Shown: positions 19,915 to 30,035, numbered from the stretch's first letter. The stretch is 64,000 nt of DNA from Solobacterium sp. (GCA_017539385.1 JAFYHC010000016.1:1779-65778); one strand, 5' to 3'. The notes: generated by a model not told the origin, from the sequence alone. Translations and numbers: made by a program.

Positions 19915-22893
19915 ATGGCACAGCATTACAAGGCATTTATCAGCTACCGGCATGTACCGGCAGATATCACAGCTGCGAAAGAAGTACAGAAGCAGCTGGA
20001 ACATTTTCATATTCCTTCATCGATCCGGAAAGCATATGGGATACAGGAGATCGGAAAACTGTTCCGGGATCAGGATGAACTGTCCATTACCAGTGATATC
20101 TCAGAGAATATTACGGAGGCACTGCACAACAGTGAGAAGCTGATTGTTATCTGTTCGAAAGATACTGCGTCTTCCCGCTGGGTGGCACGGGAAATCAGTG
20201 AATTCATGAAGACACATTCCCTGCAGGATATCCTGACAGTATTGGTCAATGGGGAACCGGGAGAAGTCATTCCGCAGGTGCTGCTGGAAGAGCGTGTTGC
20301 GAGCATTGATGCGGATGGCAGGGAATGCACAGAAGTGCGTCCCAGAGAACCGCTGTCCTGCGATCTGCGCAAAGGGAAAAAAGAAGGACGCAGTATGGAA
20401 ATACCGCGTCTTGCGGCGGCACTGATCGGGTGTTCGTACGATGAACTGGTGCAGCGGCAGAAACAGTACAAAACACGCAGACTGACGGCGTGGACCACTG
20501 CCATATCCATCCTGACGACATCCGGTGCCGGGTATATGACATATTCCCGCAGCCAGGTACAGAACAGTCTCTGGGAAGCACAGATCCGTGAATCCATGTA
20601 TCTTGCCTCCGAAGCAAAAGACCTGCTCGACAGCCATGACAATATCACCGCTGCCCAATTAATCCTGGAAGCACTGCCGTCCGTGGACAATAAGCGTCCC
20701 CTGGTACCGCAGGCACTCGGTGTACTGACAAAAGCAGTCAGTGCGTACAAGGCACCGTCTGCGGATTATATCAACGATGGCAAATATACGATGAATGCGA
20801 TCACTGCATCCTTCAGCGTGAACGATGACGGTACGTATCTTGCCATCCGTGATGAAGAAAATGAACTGGCAGTGTATGATCTGCGCACAGATTCCCGCGT
20901 GACGTGCAATTGCCTCGATCGTGTATACAATGCAGTCTTTACCGATGAAGATCATCTGATGGTCAATGATTATGACAAAGTACAGATGTATGACATCTCC
21001 GATGAAAGCGTGATCTGGGAATATGAAGACAGTGCCATGTATTCCTCTATGGATTACGTATGTGCCGGTGATTCCCATATCATCCTGCTGGATCATACAA
21101 CATTTACCGTACTGGACAGTCATACCGGGGAACTGTTATTGCAGAAGGAACGGGAGGCCGACAGCATGCATCTGACTGCCTCGGATGCCAATACATGCTT
21201 CTCTGCTGATGACCGCTATTTCCGCACCATTCGTAATAGATACGAAGAAGAAACCAATGTCATCGTGCAGTTTGATACAGAGACCGGTGAAATGCTGGAA
21301 GGGGAAACCATGTGCAATGATTATTCGGTCCTGACTGCTACGGAAAACGGCACGGCGCTGGCTGGTACGATTGCCTCCATGCCGGGACAGATGAATGATA
21401 CGCTCCGGGTGGAAATCTATGATCAGGCTATGAAACAGACCGGTACATACGAAGAAGCAATTGGTCCCAACCATTCGGTCAAGGATATCCGCATGATCCC
21501 ATATCCGGTCCGTGAAGATACCATACAGAATGTACTGGCTGTGATCTATGACAACCGTGAGATCCTTTTAGATCCTGTCACCGGTGCGTTCATCCGCCAG
21601 ATCATCTTCCAGGAAACGATCGCTGTACCGTTTCTGAGTGTCACAGAGAAATCCCAGCTGCATCTCAACAGCCATGGCCAGCATGCCGGCTTCATGTATG
21701 AGGATAACTGGACGGTCTTTGGAAACAGGCAGTTCCCGGAAAATATCCGCTCTGCCAAACTTGTCCGCATGGATGAAGGCAGACAATGCTATTTCATACA
21801 GGAAGGAGACAGCCGCTCCATACAGCGCTATACCCAGGGTGTTTACGATACCGGAATGGAAGACCTTGGTGCACCGGATGAAACCACAGCATCGTATATT
21901 GATACCGGGGAAACGATCGAAGACAGCTATGTATATATAGCCCACAATGATTCAAAACTGTATGTATGCCGCATCCATGACGGTGTGCATACGGGCACCT
22001 CGGTCCCAGAGCGCATCAGTTCCATGCGCCGCATGGGAAAATGGCATGGGAATATCCTGTACAGTGTGTATCTGATGGATCAGGGAAAGAATGATATCCT
22101 CTCCGTAACACCGGACGGACAGGCGCAATTGCTTGGAGTGGAAGGCAAAGGGGAGTATGTCGTCGCTGCGGATACACTGTATGAAGTCAATACGGACGGC
22201 CTGTCCCGGATCGATCCGGAAACCATGCAGAAAGAGAACATCGTATCTGGGTATATGTATTTCAGGAAACAGGATCCGGACAGTGACCGCATCCTGGTAT
22301 CGACCATGCATGGCAGTGCCGTCGTGGAACTGAAGAGCGGAGAGATGACGGAATTTGAAATTACTTCAGATGCGGATATAGCTGACTTTAGTGATGACGG
22401 GCATGTCTTCATGATTCAGGATAATGTATATACCGATCTGATCGACGGCACCAGTGTGCAATTGCCGGTCAGTGATTCCTGTGCCGCATACAGGCACGGG
22501 GATGATCTGTATCTATTGGCAACGGATGGAACACTGACCGTCGTGGATGTCCATGATGGTCATACGAAGCAGAAAACCATCCTGTCGGGGAATGGCAGCA
22601 ATTCTCAATGGCAGGTCTATGGCGATACATTGTATATCCATAACGGCTATATGCTGTACATGGTGGATCTTTCGACCTGCTATGAATATGCGGCGGTAAG
22701 AAACTGCATCAGCTATGATCCTGTCAAAGGCGAAGTCTATGTCGAATATTCGGACCAGAGCACCACGGAGACACGCAGCCGGATCGGCCGCTTCCACTTC
22801 TACACACTTCCGGAACTGCTGGAAAAAGGCTATGCGTATACACGCGGGGAAAGACTGGAAGAACCGCTTCGCCTGCGCTATGGACTGAAATAG
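19915..22893 (+). CDS. TIR-domain protein with a TM segment and a large C-terminal WD40-like beta-propeller region
   Basis: AFISYRH, LFRDQDEL, LIVICS...SRWVAREI (TIR); hydrophobic segment near aa 190-210; beta-strand repeats such as FSVNDDGTYLAI, CFSADDRYF. Confidence 0.8.
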   Translation: MAQHYKAFISYRHVPADITAAKEVQKQLEHFHIPSSIRKAYGIQEIGKLFRDQDELSITSDISENITEALHNSEKLIVICSKDTASSRWVAREISEFMKTHSLQDILTVLVNGEPGEVIPQVLLEERVASIDADGRECTEVRPREPLSCDLRKGKKEGRSMEIPRLAAALIGCSYDELVQRQKQYKTRRLTAWTTAISILTTSGAGYMTYSRSQVQNSLWEAQIRESMYLASEAKDLLDSHDNITAAQLILEALPSVDNKRPLVPQALGVLTKAVSAYKAPSADYINDGKYTMNAITASFSVNDDGTYLAIRDEENELAVYDLRTDSRVTCNCLDRVYNAVFTDEDHLMVNDYDKVQMYDISDESVIWEYEDSAMYSSMDYVCAGDSHIILLDHTTFTVLDSHTGELLLQKEREADSMHLTASDANTCFSADDRYFRTIRNRYEEETNVIVQFDTETGEMLEGETMCNDYSVLTATENGTALAGTIASMPGQMNDTLRVEIYDQAMKQTGTYEEAIGPNHSVKDIRMIPYPVREDTIQNVLAVIYDNREILLDPVTGAFIRQIIFQETIAVPFLSVTEKSQLHLNSHGQHAGFMYEDNWTVFGNRQFPENIRSAKLVRMDEGRQCYFIQEGDSRSIQRYTQGVYDTGMEDLGAPDETTASYIDTGETIEDSYVYIAHNDSKLYVCRIHDGVHTGTSVPERISSMRRMGKWHGNILYSVYLMDQGKNDILSVTPDGQAQLLGVEGKGEYVVAADTLYEVNTDGLSRIDPETMQKENIVSGYMYFRKQDPDSDRILVSTMHGSAVVELKSGEMTEFEITSDADIADFSDDGHVFMIQDNVYTDLIDGTSVQLPVSDSCAAYRHGDDLYLLATDGTLTVVDVHDGHTKQKTILSGNGSNSQWQVYGDTLYIHNGYMLYMVDLSTCYEYAAVRNCISYDPVKGEVYVEYSDQSTTETRSRIGRFHFYTLPELLEKGYAYTRGERLEEPLRLRYGLK

Positions 22894-22955
22894 GTCATTC
22901 TTTCTCTTTTATGCATGAATGTTAAAATGATGCAGAGAAGCAGGAGGTAGAAACA

Positions 22956-24794
22956 ATGTCTATGGGACGGGGACCGCGGGGAGCCCGCGGCTTTCTGACA
23001 GAAGAAGAAAAAGCCAATGCTCCAAAGGTCACGAAAGAACTTCTGGTTCGTATCTTTTCGTATCTGACGCCATATTGGAAACAGTTTGTACTGGTACTGG
23101 GATGTATACTGATCAGTTCGATCCTGGCATTGATGCCGTCGGTACTGACCGGACGCATGATCGATGAAGGACTGATCGGAAGAAATCTGGACATCCTGAT
23201 CAAACTGATCATCCTGTCACTGGCAGTGACACTTGGCTCCAATCTGATCGGTGTGCTGGAAAGCTATCTGAATACATGGATCGCCCAGCATATTACCTAT
23301 GACATGCGCAATAAGATGTTTGCCCATCTGCAGAAGATGTCCCAGCGGTTCTTCACCACGAATAACCAGGGTGACATCATCACGCGCATGACCAGTGATA
23401 TCGCCGGTGTCCAGCAGATCATCACCAATACGTTCACAAGCATCCTGTCCAATACGATCACCCTGATCGTTGCACTTGCGGCAATGTATCAGAAGAACTG
23501 GATCCTTGCGACTGTCGGCATATGCATTGTGCCGTTATTTACCCTGCCAACGCGCAAAGCCGGCAAGACACGCTGGACATTAACACGCGAAGCACAGGAA
23601 TGCAGCGATGAGATCAACGGCATCCTGAATGAAACAATGTCCGTCAGCGGACAGATGCTGGTCAAGCTCTTCGGCCGGGAAACGTATGAATACGACCGGT
23701 ATGAGAAAGCCAACAAGCGCATGATCGGACTCAATATCCGTGAGAATATGGCAGGCCGCTGGTTCCGTGTCGTCATGAGTACGTTCTCATCCATCGGACC
23801 TATGGCACTGTATCTGGTCGGCGGCATCCTGATGATGAAATACAATGCGGATATCTCCGTCGGTGATATCACTGTGTTAGTTGCTCTGCTTGGACGCATG
23901 TACGGACCGGTCAACTCCCTGCTCAATATACAGGTGGACTGGATCCGTTCCATGGCCATGTTTACACGTATCTTTGAATACTATGATATGCCGGTGGAAA
24001 TCGATAATAACGACAAGGCGATCATACCCACAGAGACCCATGGCAATATTGAATTCAAGAATGTCTGGTTCCAGTATGATCCCGAACGTATGATCCTGAA
24101 GGATGTCAATTTCACGCTGAAAGAAGGCGACTGTATTGCCATCGTCGGTCCCTCCGGCTCCGGCAAATCCACCACGATCAACCTGATCCCACGCCTGTAC
24201 GATGTCACGAAGGGCTCTGTGACCTTCGACGGGATCGATGTACGCGACTTGGATCTTGCGTATCTGCGCTCCAACGTCGGTGTCGTCACACAGGATACCT
24301 ATCTGTTCAACGGCACGATCCGCGATAACCTGCTCTATGCCAAAGCCAATGCGACAGAAGCAGAGATCATCGATGCCTGCAAAAAGGCCAATATATGGGA
24401 ATTCATCGAAAACCAGCCGGAAGGATTGAATACCATGGTCGGCAACCGCGGTCTCAAATTATCCGGCGGTGAAAAACAGCGCATCTCCATTGCCCGTGTC
24501 CTGCTGAAAGATCCTGCTGTGATCATCTTTGATGAAGCAACGGCTTCCCTGGATTCCATCTCTGAAAAGGCAATACAGGATGCCATTGATCCTTTGATCG
24601 ATGCACGCACCAGTATCCTCATCGCACACCGCTTATCGACCATCCTTGCGGCCGATGAGATCCTGGTGATCAAAGACGGCCAGATCGTTGAACATGGCCA
24701 GCATGAAGAACTGGTCAAAACCAGCAATGTCTATAAAGAACTCTACGAGACACAGTTCACCATCCCTGACCGCAAAGACAAGAATCCTGCATAA
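22956..24794 (+). CDS. ABC exporter (fused TMD-NBD, MsbA/MdlB-like)
   Basis: GPSGSGKST, LSGGEKQR, IFDEATASLD, AHRLST. Confidence 0.95.
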   Translation: MSMGRGPRGARGFLTEEEKANAPKVTKELLVRIFSYLTPYWKQFVLVLGCILISSILALMPSVLTGRMIDEGLIGRNLDILIKLIILSLAVTLGSNLIGVLESYLNTWIAQHITYDMRNKMFAHLQKMSQRFFTTNNQGDIITRMTSDIAGVQQIITNTFTSILSNTITLIVALAAMYQKNWILATVGICIVPLFTLPTRKAGKTRWTLTREAQECSDEINGILNETMSVSGQMLVKLFGRETYEYDRYEKANKRMIGLNIRENMAGRWFRVVMSTFSSIGPMALYLVGGILMMKYNADISVGDITVLVALLGRMYGPVNSLLNIQVDWIRSMAMFTRIFEYYDMPVEIDNNDKAIIPTETHGNIEFKNVWFQYDPERMILKDVNFTLKEGDCIAIVGPSGSGKSTTINLIPRLYDVTKGSVTFDGIDVRDLDLAYLRSNVGVVTQDTYLFNGTIRDNLLYAKANATEAEIIDACKKANIWEFIENQPEGLNTMVGNRGLKLSGGEKQRISIARVLLKDPAVIIFDEATASLDSISEKAIQDAIDPLIDARTSILIAHRLSTILAADEILVIKDGQIVEHGQHEELVKTSNVYKELYETQFTIPDRKDKNPA

Positions 24795-24808
24795 TCGCAG
24801 GATTTTTT
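24783..24808 (+). terminator. Terminator
   Basis: AATCCTGC/GCAGGATT followed by a T run. Confidence 0.65.
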
Positions 24809-24904
24809 GGTAAATGCAATTGGCAATTGACAAAGTGAAATGTCTGCTTGGTGGCATATGCGGCTGTGAAGGGATATGATTTGGTTGCCAGGAGGGAACA
24901 TACG

Positions 24905-26047
24905 ATGACGTTAGGAGAGAGAATTGCACATCTGCGAAAAGAACACGGCTGGTCGCAGGAAGATCTTGGCAGCCGCATCGGTGTATCCCGTCAGGCAGTC
25001 AGCCGCTGGGAATCCGATCAGGCAGTACCGGAGACGGAAAAGATCATCGAATTATCCCGTCTGTTTGAAGTCAGTGCCGGCTCTCTGCTTGGCACAGAAG
25101 ATATTGTAAAGAATACAAAACCGGTACAGGAACCGGTTCGTAAGAAAGTATGGATGCCAATTGCCGCAGGTATCGCAGCAGCAGCGCTTCTGTGCACGGT
25201 GATCGTGAACCAGAACCGCCAGATCAACGAACTGCATGACAGTCTGAATGGATTACAGGGCATGTATGGCACACTCAGTTATCAGATGGACCAGATGCGT
25301 TCCGATCTGACCAGTATTCTGGATGAAAAACTGACCGATACCGTATTTGCGGAATATGCACTGAAGGTGGATTCCATCGACAGAGAAGCCGGTACATATC
25401 GTGTGCGCCTTGATGGTGTACTGCGCAGTCCTTCCGATGCAGTGCGCTATTTTGCCAAAGACAGCAAAGATGCCATCTATAACGGAGAGATCACAGTAAC
25501 CGATGCACAGAACGGCAGTGTGACAGGAACGATCGATGTGCCATTGGAAGAAGGCATGCGCTTCTATGCCGGTACTGCGGAAGAAGCATCGCATCTGAGT
25601 ACACATGGTCTGGACTTATATTCCTTTACCGTTTTAAATACTGGTCTTTCCGGATATGGCTATCAGGACAGATCGGGAAACAATAAGAAACAGTTCTATC
25701 TCGAATTCACCGTGTTCATTCCATATGTCTTTGATGAAACGGATACACCTGGCAAAATACAGGGCACGGTACAGATGATCCGTGATGGCAAAATCATACA
25801 GGAGTGTGAACTGACAGAAAGACCCCAGGACAGTCAGAGTCATAATCAGAAATTCCTGGAAACTGTCTTTACCCGGACGGAACCCATGGAAGATCCGGAA
25901 GAATATCTGATCTATGCGGATATCACCGATGAATACGGCAGACAGTTTCAGGGATATGTATCCCTGCTGCATTTTGAATACAAAGCCGTCACCGGCTTCT
26001 TCATCAATATCCCGGTCAATCCCAGAACCGGTGAGAAGATCCAGTAA
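24905..26047 (+). CDS. XRE HTH, TM, coiled coil and extracellular domain protein
   Basis: LRKEHGWSQEDLGSRIGVSRQAVSRWE; TM WMPIAAGIAAAALLCTVIV; RBS AGGAGG. Confidence 0.8.
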   Translation: MTLGERIAHLRKEHGWSQEDLGSRIGVSRQAVSRWESDQAVPETEKIIELSRLFEVSAGSLLGTEDIVKNTKPVQEPVRKKVWMPIAAGIAAAALLCTVIVNQNRQINELHDSLNGLQGMYGTLSYQMDQMRSDLTSILDEKLTDTVFAEYALKVDSIDREAGTYRVRLDGVLRSPSDAVRYFAKDSKDAIYNGEITVTDAQNGSVTGTIDVPLEEGMRFYAGTAEEASHLSTHGLDLYSFTVLNTGLSGYGYQDRSGNNKKQFYLEFTVFIPYVFDETDTPGKIQGTVQMIRDGKIIQECELTERPQDSQSHNQKFLETVFTRTEPMEDPEEYLIYADITDEYGRQFQGYVSLLHFEYKAVTGFFINIPVNPRTGEKIQ

Positions 26048-26071
26048 ATACTGCCATTGGCAGTATTTTTT
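26046..26071 (+). terminator. Terminator
   Basis: AAATACTGCCA/TGGCAGTATTT followed by a T run. Confidence 0.75.
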
Positions 26072-26145
26072 GAAATTCCCGGTTAAATACATAGGATTCT
26101 CTGCCAATAGCGTTTATAATAGGACAGCCGCAGAGGAGGAAACCT

Positions 26146-27507
26146 ATGTCAGAAATCAAAGAAAATAAAATGGGTGTCATGCCTGTACGCAAACTGATCG
26201 TATCGATGTCACTGCCGATGATGATCTCGATGCTTGTACAGGCTTTATATAACGTTGTGGACAGCATCTTTGTCGCAAGGATCGGAGAAGGCGCACTGAC
26301 CGCAGTCACGCTGGCATTCCCGCTGCAGAACCTGATGATTGCATTTGGTTCCGGTGTGGGTGTCGGTGTCAATGCACTGTTATCCCGCTCCCTTGGACAG
26401 AAGCGTTTTGACCGCTCCGACAAAGCAGCCAACACCGGTATTCTGCTGACATTCTTCAACTATGTGCTGTTTCTGCTGATCAGCCTGTTTGTCGCAGCAC
26501 CGTTCATTGCCACACAGACAAATGATGCAGAGATCATCAAACATGGTACGGAATACCTGCAGATCGTAACCGGATTCTCCTTCGGTCTGTTCTTCCAGGT
26601 CATGTTCGAACGACTGCTGCAGTCGACCGGCCTGACCATCTATTCCATGATCTCACAGGCAGCCGGTGCGATCCTGAATATTATCTTTGACCCGATCATG
26701 ATCTTTGGTCTGCTTGGATTCCCGCGTCTTGGCGTCGCCGGTGCAGCATATGCCACCGTGCTGGGACAGATCGTTGCGGCGATCCTTGGTCTTATATTGA
26801 ATCTCAAGTACAACAAGGAGATCACCTACTCATTTGAGAGTATTCTTCATCCGGATAAGGACATTGTCCGCCAGATCTATACCGTGGGTGTACCGTCGAT
26901 CTTGATGATGTCCATCGGTTCCATCATGACCTATCTCATGAACCGGATCCTGATTGCATTCTCGACGACCGCTACAGCTGTCTTTGGCGTCTATTTCAAA
27001 CTGCAGAGTTTCTTCTTCATGCCGGTATTTGGTCTCAATGGCGGCCTGATCCCGATCCTTGCATACAACTACGGCGCACGTAAAAAAGACCGCATCGACG
27101 AAGCATTGAAAAACGCTGTCACGATCGCAGTCGTGATCATGGTGATCGGTACGATCGTCATGAATCTCATTCCGGAAACACTGCTTGGTTTCTTCAATGC
27201 CTCCGAAGATATGTTAAAGATCGGTGTGCCTGCACTGCATATTATTTCCCTGCACTTCCCGATCGCTGCTGTATGTATCATCATGGGTTCCATCTTCCAG
27301 GCATTTGCCAAGAGTCAGTATTCCCTGATTACATCTGTTGCCCGTCAGCTGGTCGTATTGATCCCGGTCGCCTGGTTATTGGCACAGACAGGCAATGTTA
27401 CAAATGTATGGTGGTGCTTCCTGATTGCAGAAAGTGCATCTGCCCTCGTCAGTACCTACTTATTCCGTAAACTCTATCAGGAAAAAGTAGCACCAATGGC
27501 AAAGTAA
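26146..27507 (+). CDS. MATE-family efflux transporter
   Basis: LYNVVDSIFV, NIIFDPIMIFG...GVAGAAYAT. Confidence 0.93.
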   Translation: MSEIKENKMGVMPVRKLIVSMSLPMMISMLVQALYNVVDSIFVARIGEGALTAVTLAFPLQNLMIAFGSGVGVGVNALLSRSLGQKRFDRSDKAANTGILLTFFNYVLFLLISLFVAAPFIATQTNDAEIIKHGTEYLQIVTGFSFGLFFQVMFERLLQSTGLTIYSMISQAAGAILNIIFDPIMIFGLLGFPRLGVAGAAYATVLGQIVAAILGLILNLKYNKEITYSFESILHPDKDIVRQIYTVGVPSILMMSIGSIMTYLMNRILIAFSTTATAVFGVYFKLQSFFFMPVFGLNGGLIPILAYNYGARKKDRIDEALKNAVTIAVVIMVIGTIVMNLIPETLLGFFNASEDMLKIGVPALHIISLHFPIAAVCIIMGSIFQAFAKSQYSLITSVARQLVVLIPVAWLLAQTGNVTNVWWCFLIAESASALVSTYLFRKLYQEKVAPMAK

Positions 27508-27519
27508 AACATACCGCAA

Positions 27520-27754
27520 TGAAGTGAACCCCCAAAGTTTGGACCAACCAATAAGGAGGTTCACTTTTAATATGAAGTATATAAAAGAGTATAAACTGGA
27601 ATGCATTCGGAAGCGACAAGCGGGAGAGTATATTGAACTGCCACCTGAGTTTAAGAAGCGGAGATCCTTTATGAATAACAGGACCGGGGAGTATGAAACA
27701 ATTGCAGAGATCCTGCCGGATCTGTCCGACTATCACGAGTTCTTTGTGAATTAA
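27520..27754 (+). mobile_element. IS3-family (IS150-group) left-end remnant with truncated orfA
   Basis: TGAAGTGAACCCCCAAAGTTTGGAC resembles IS150-group terminal IRs; RBS then MKYIKEYKLECI (27572) resembles the OrfA N-terminus; no orfB or right IR. Confidence 0.65.
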
Positions 27755-27757
27755 GAA

Positions 27758-27798
27758 AACAGCTTCTGTTGCGGCTTAGCCGGTGTGCAGAAGCTGTT
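27758..27798. terminator. Hairpin between convergent genes
   Basis: AACAGCTTCTG/CAGAAGCTGTT. Confidence 0.6.
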
Positions 27799-27800
27799 GT

Positions 27801-29213
27801 TTATTTTTCCGGATGTGTGACGATGCCGCTGAATAAGAGCGATGAGTCTGCGTGTACTACCGCAAAGGCGAAGGGACGGTCAACAGTGAAATCGACGGTC
27901 TGACCGGGAATGAAATAGCCCCCTGCCATGGCAATATCGGTATATGCTGCACCGGTTACGCCTTCTTCATCAATGATGAGGCGGGCTGCGTGGTTTGCAT
28001 CACTGACAAAGATCGTTTCATCCGTGAGCGGTGAAAAGTCTGCTTCATTGGTGAATACACGCTGGATGCCCAGTTCCGGCAGAATGTCACATAGATCCAA
28101 TGTGCAGGAGATATCGAAGACCGGAAGACTGAGATTGACTTCGTCTGCGGCATTGCTTTGATGCAGAGAGGGATCCCGGAGTATTTCATAGGATACAGGA
28201 TCCTGCAGTACTTCTTCGGGTGTATGCCCTTCGTCCGGCAGATAGATGTACATTGCTCCGCCTTCCGCAAGCGGCAGACTGACGGCTGTCCATGTATCAC
28301 CGGTATACAGCGGATAGTCGAAGGTATTATGCAGGAAGGTGGTATCAATGGTTTCTTCCGGTGTATGGAAGGGCTGGGTATCTGTCAAAGTGGAATCAAA
28401 GCGCATAGCCCAGGATGCTTTGTAATAGAGAGCGGAAGCCAGTGTCAGTACCATGTCCGGCGTGAATTTTTCCTGGGATACAGAATCTTTCAGCAGACCG
28501 CCTGTTGCAGTATTGAGCCAGTCCTGAAACATGCTGGTATATGCGGGATCGGATGGATCACCGGCATAGGAGGATGCTTTGTACGTATCTGCGAGCACCT
28601 GCAATGGATCTGTGCGGAAGGTATGGGAGCCATTCAGCCACATGGAATTGAGGGCTTTGCACTGCAGGGTGGGTGTATCCGCATAACAGGCATTCCAGAT
28701 GGCATTGGCGGCAGTACGAAGCTGTTCTGTGTGATCGATGCCAAGCACCTGCAGGATCTCCTTTTGCGTATCATTGGCGGTTGTTTCTTCCAGCATGGCA
28801 AGTGCCATCCAGATATTGAGCGGAGAGACGATCCGGTTGTCATTGGAGGAACCAAGCAGAAGCGGCACAGCCTTCTCATAGAAGGAATAGAGGGGGGCGT
28901 TGACATTGCGTGATGCAGTGGACTTCTGATGGAAATCATTCCTCCATGTGCCATAGTCATCGCTGTAGATGAACTGCTCAGGTGTTTCGGCATCTGTCAT
29001 GGGTTCCGGCATCTGTGCTTCGGCGAGGATGAGCGGGGAAGTGACAGGGGAAGCAGTATTTTTCGGCAATAGCAGCACAATGGCTATGGCTGCAGCGAGC
29101 GGAAGAAGCCAGAACGAGCGGGGTATTCTCCGTTTTCTCTGGTATGTTTCACTTTCCTGAATATAACTGTCCGGAATGTCTGTGACTGCTTTATACAGAT
29201 CTTCTTTTTTCAT
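27801..29213 (-). CDS. Membrane-anchored serpin with anti-sigma-like N-terminus
   Basis: IVSPLNI shutter, ALYYKASW, hinge IDEEGVTGAA, FTVDRPFAF signature; N-terminal cytoplasmic helix plus TM (aa ~35-50). Confidence 0.88.
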   Translation of the reverse strand: MKKEDLYKAVTDIPDSYIQESETYQRKRRIPRSFWLLPLAAAIAIVLLLPKNTASPVTSPLILAEAQMPEPMTDAETPEQFIYSDDYGTWRNDFHQKSTASRNVNAPLYSFYEKAVPLLLGSSNDNRIVSPLNIWMALAMLEETTANDTQKEILQVLGIDHTEQLRTAANAIWNACYADTPTLQCKALNSMWLNGSHTFRTDPLQVLADTYKASSYAGDPSDPAYTSMFQDWLNTATGGLLKDSVSQEKFTPDMVLTLASALYYKASWAMRFDSTLTDTQPFHTPEETIDTTFLHNTFDYPLYTGDTWTAVSLPLAEGGAMYIYLPDEGHTPEEVLQDPVSYEILRDPSLHQSNAADEVNLSLPVFDISCTLDLCDILPELGIQRVFTNEADFSPLTDETIFVSDANHAARLIIDEEGVTGAAYTDIAMAGGYFIPGQTVDFTVDRPFAFAVVHADSSLLFSGIVTHPEK

Positions 29214-29770
29214 TGGATGTAATCCTCCTGTTTCAGTACATTGCGCAGATCCTGCCGCATGCGGTACAGGATCGTTTTGATATTTCCCCGGGTAATACCG
29301 GTGCGTGATGCAATTTCTTTGAGAGGTTCATTGAAGAAATAGCGGCGGACAAACAGGACGCGTTCGGTTTCTGTGCGTTCCGAAAGAAAGCGAGTGATGA
29401 CATCGGTCAGCTGGTGCAGATGCACTTCTTCTTCCACGGAAGCATCGGAAGGAATGCACTCTGCCAGTTCATCCAGAATGACGGCTGTTTCACCATTTCC
29501 GCGCTTTTTGGCATGAATGGCTTCATAGCGGTCAAAGGAAAGATTGCGGGTGATCTTCGCAAGATAGGCGCGCAGGCTGACGGGGTGAGCCGGCGGGATG
29601 GAATTCCATGTACGCACCCATGTATCATTGACGCACTCTTCCGCATCCGCATGATTTCTCAATATCTGAAATGACAGATGGCGGCAATAGCTGCCATACT
29701 GCTCTGCAGTATGCCGCAGGGCATCTTCATTCCGTTCATAATACAAAGCAATGATCTCACTGTCTTCCAT
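29210..29770 (-). CDS. ECF sigma factor
   Basis: DAEECVNDTW..W..IPP...L.AYL.KITRN, LFVRRYFFNEPLKEIA...KTILYRMR; 4-bp overlap with the serpin gene. Confidence 0.92.
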   Translation of the reverse strand: MEDSEIIALYYERNEDALRHTAEQYGSYCRHLSFQILRNHADAEECVNDTWVRTWNSIPPAHPVSLRAYLAKITRNLSFDRYEAIHAKKRGNGETAVILDELAECIPSDASVEEEVHLHQLTDVITRFLSERTETERVLFVRRYFFNEPLKEIASRTGITRGNIKTILYRMRQDLRNVLKQEDYIQ

Positions 29771-29791
29771 ATTGTCCTCTCTACTCATTAT

Positions 29792-29818
29792 GACGGGAAA
29801 ACAGCATATGCGGTTACA
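29792..29818 (-). promoter_or_regulatory. Candidate ECF-type autoregulatory promoter
   Basis: Minus strand TGTAAC-N17-CGTC, directly downstream of a terminator and about 20 nt before the ATG. Confidence 0.6.
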
Positions 29819-29845
29819 AAAAAACTGTGCCCGTACGGACACAGT
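29818..29845 (-). terminator. Terminator after the SDR remnant
   Basis: Minus strand ACTGTGTCC/GGGCACAGT followed by a T run. Confidence 0.7.
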
Positions 29846-29861
29846 CTGAGAAAGCAAATAT

Positions 29862-30035
29862 TTACGCTGTGCACCAGCCGCCGTCGACTGCGAGCTCTGC
29901 ACCGCTGATGTAGGCCGCATCATCACTGGCCAGGAAAGCAACAGCCTTGGCGATTTCCACCGGATCAACAGGTGCCGGAGAAGTCGCAAGGTTTGCCTTG
30001 AGCTTGCCATAGGCTTCCATATTCGGCATGCCCAT
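29862..30035 (-). pseudogene. C-terminal fragment of an SDR-family oxidoreductase
   Basis: Translates as MGMPNMEAYG...PVEIAKAVAFLASDDAAYISGAELAVDGGWCTA*, the classic SDR C-terminus; Rossmann fold and YxxxK absent. Confidence 0.85.

Noticed and set aside
19915-22893. Calling the TIR gene Thoeris, CBASS or Avs
   Set aside because: No ThsA, cyclase or STAND NTPase in or near the gene
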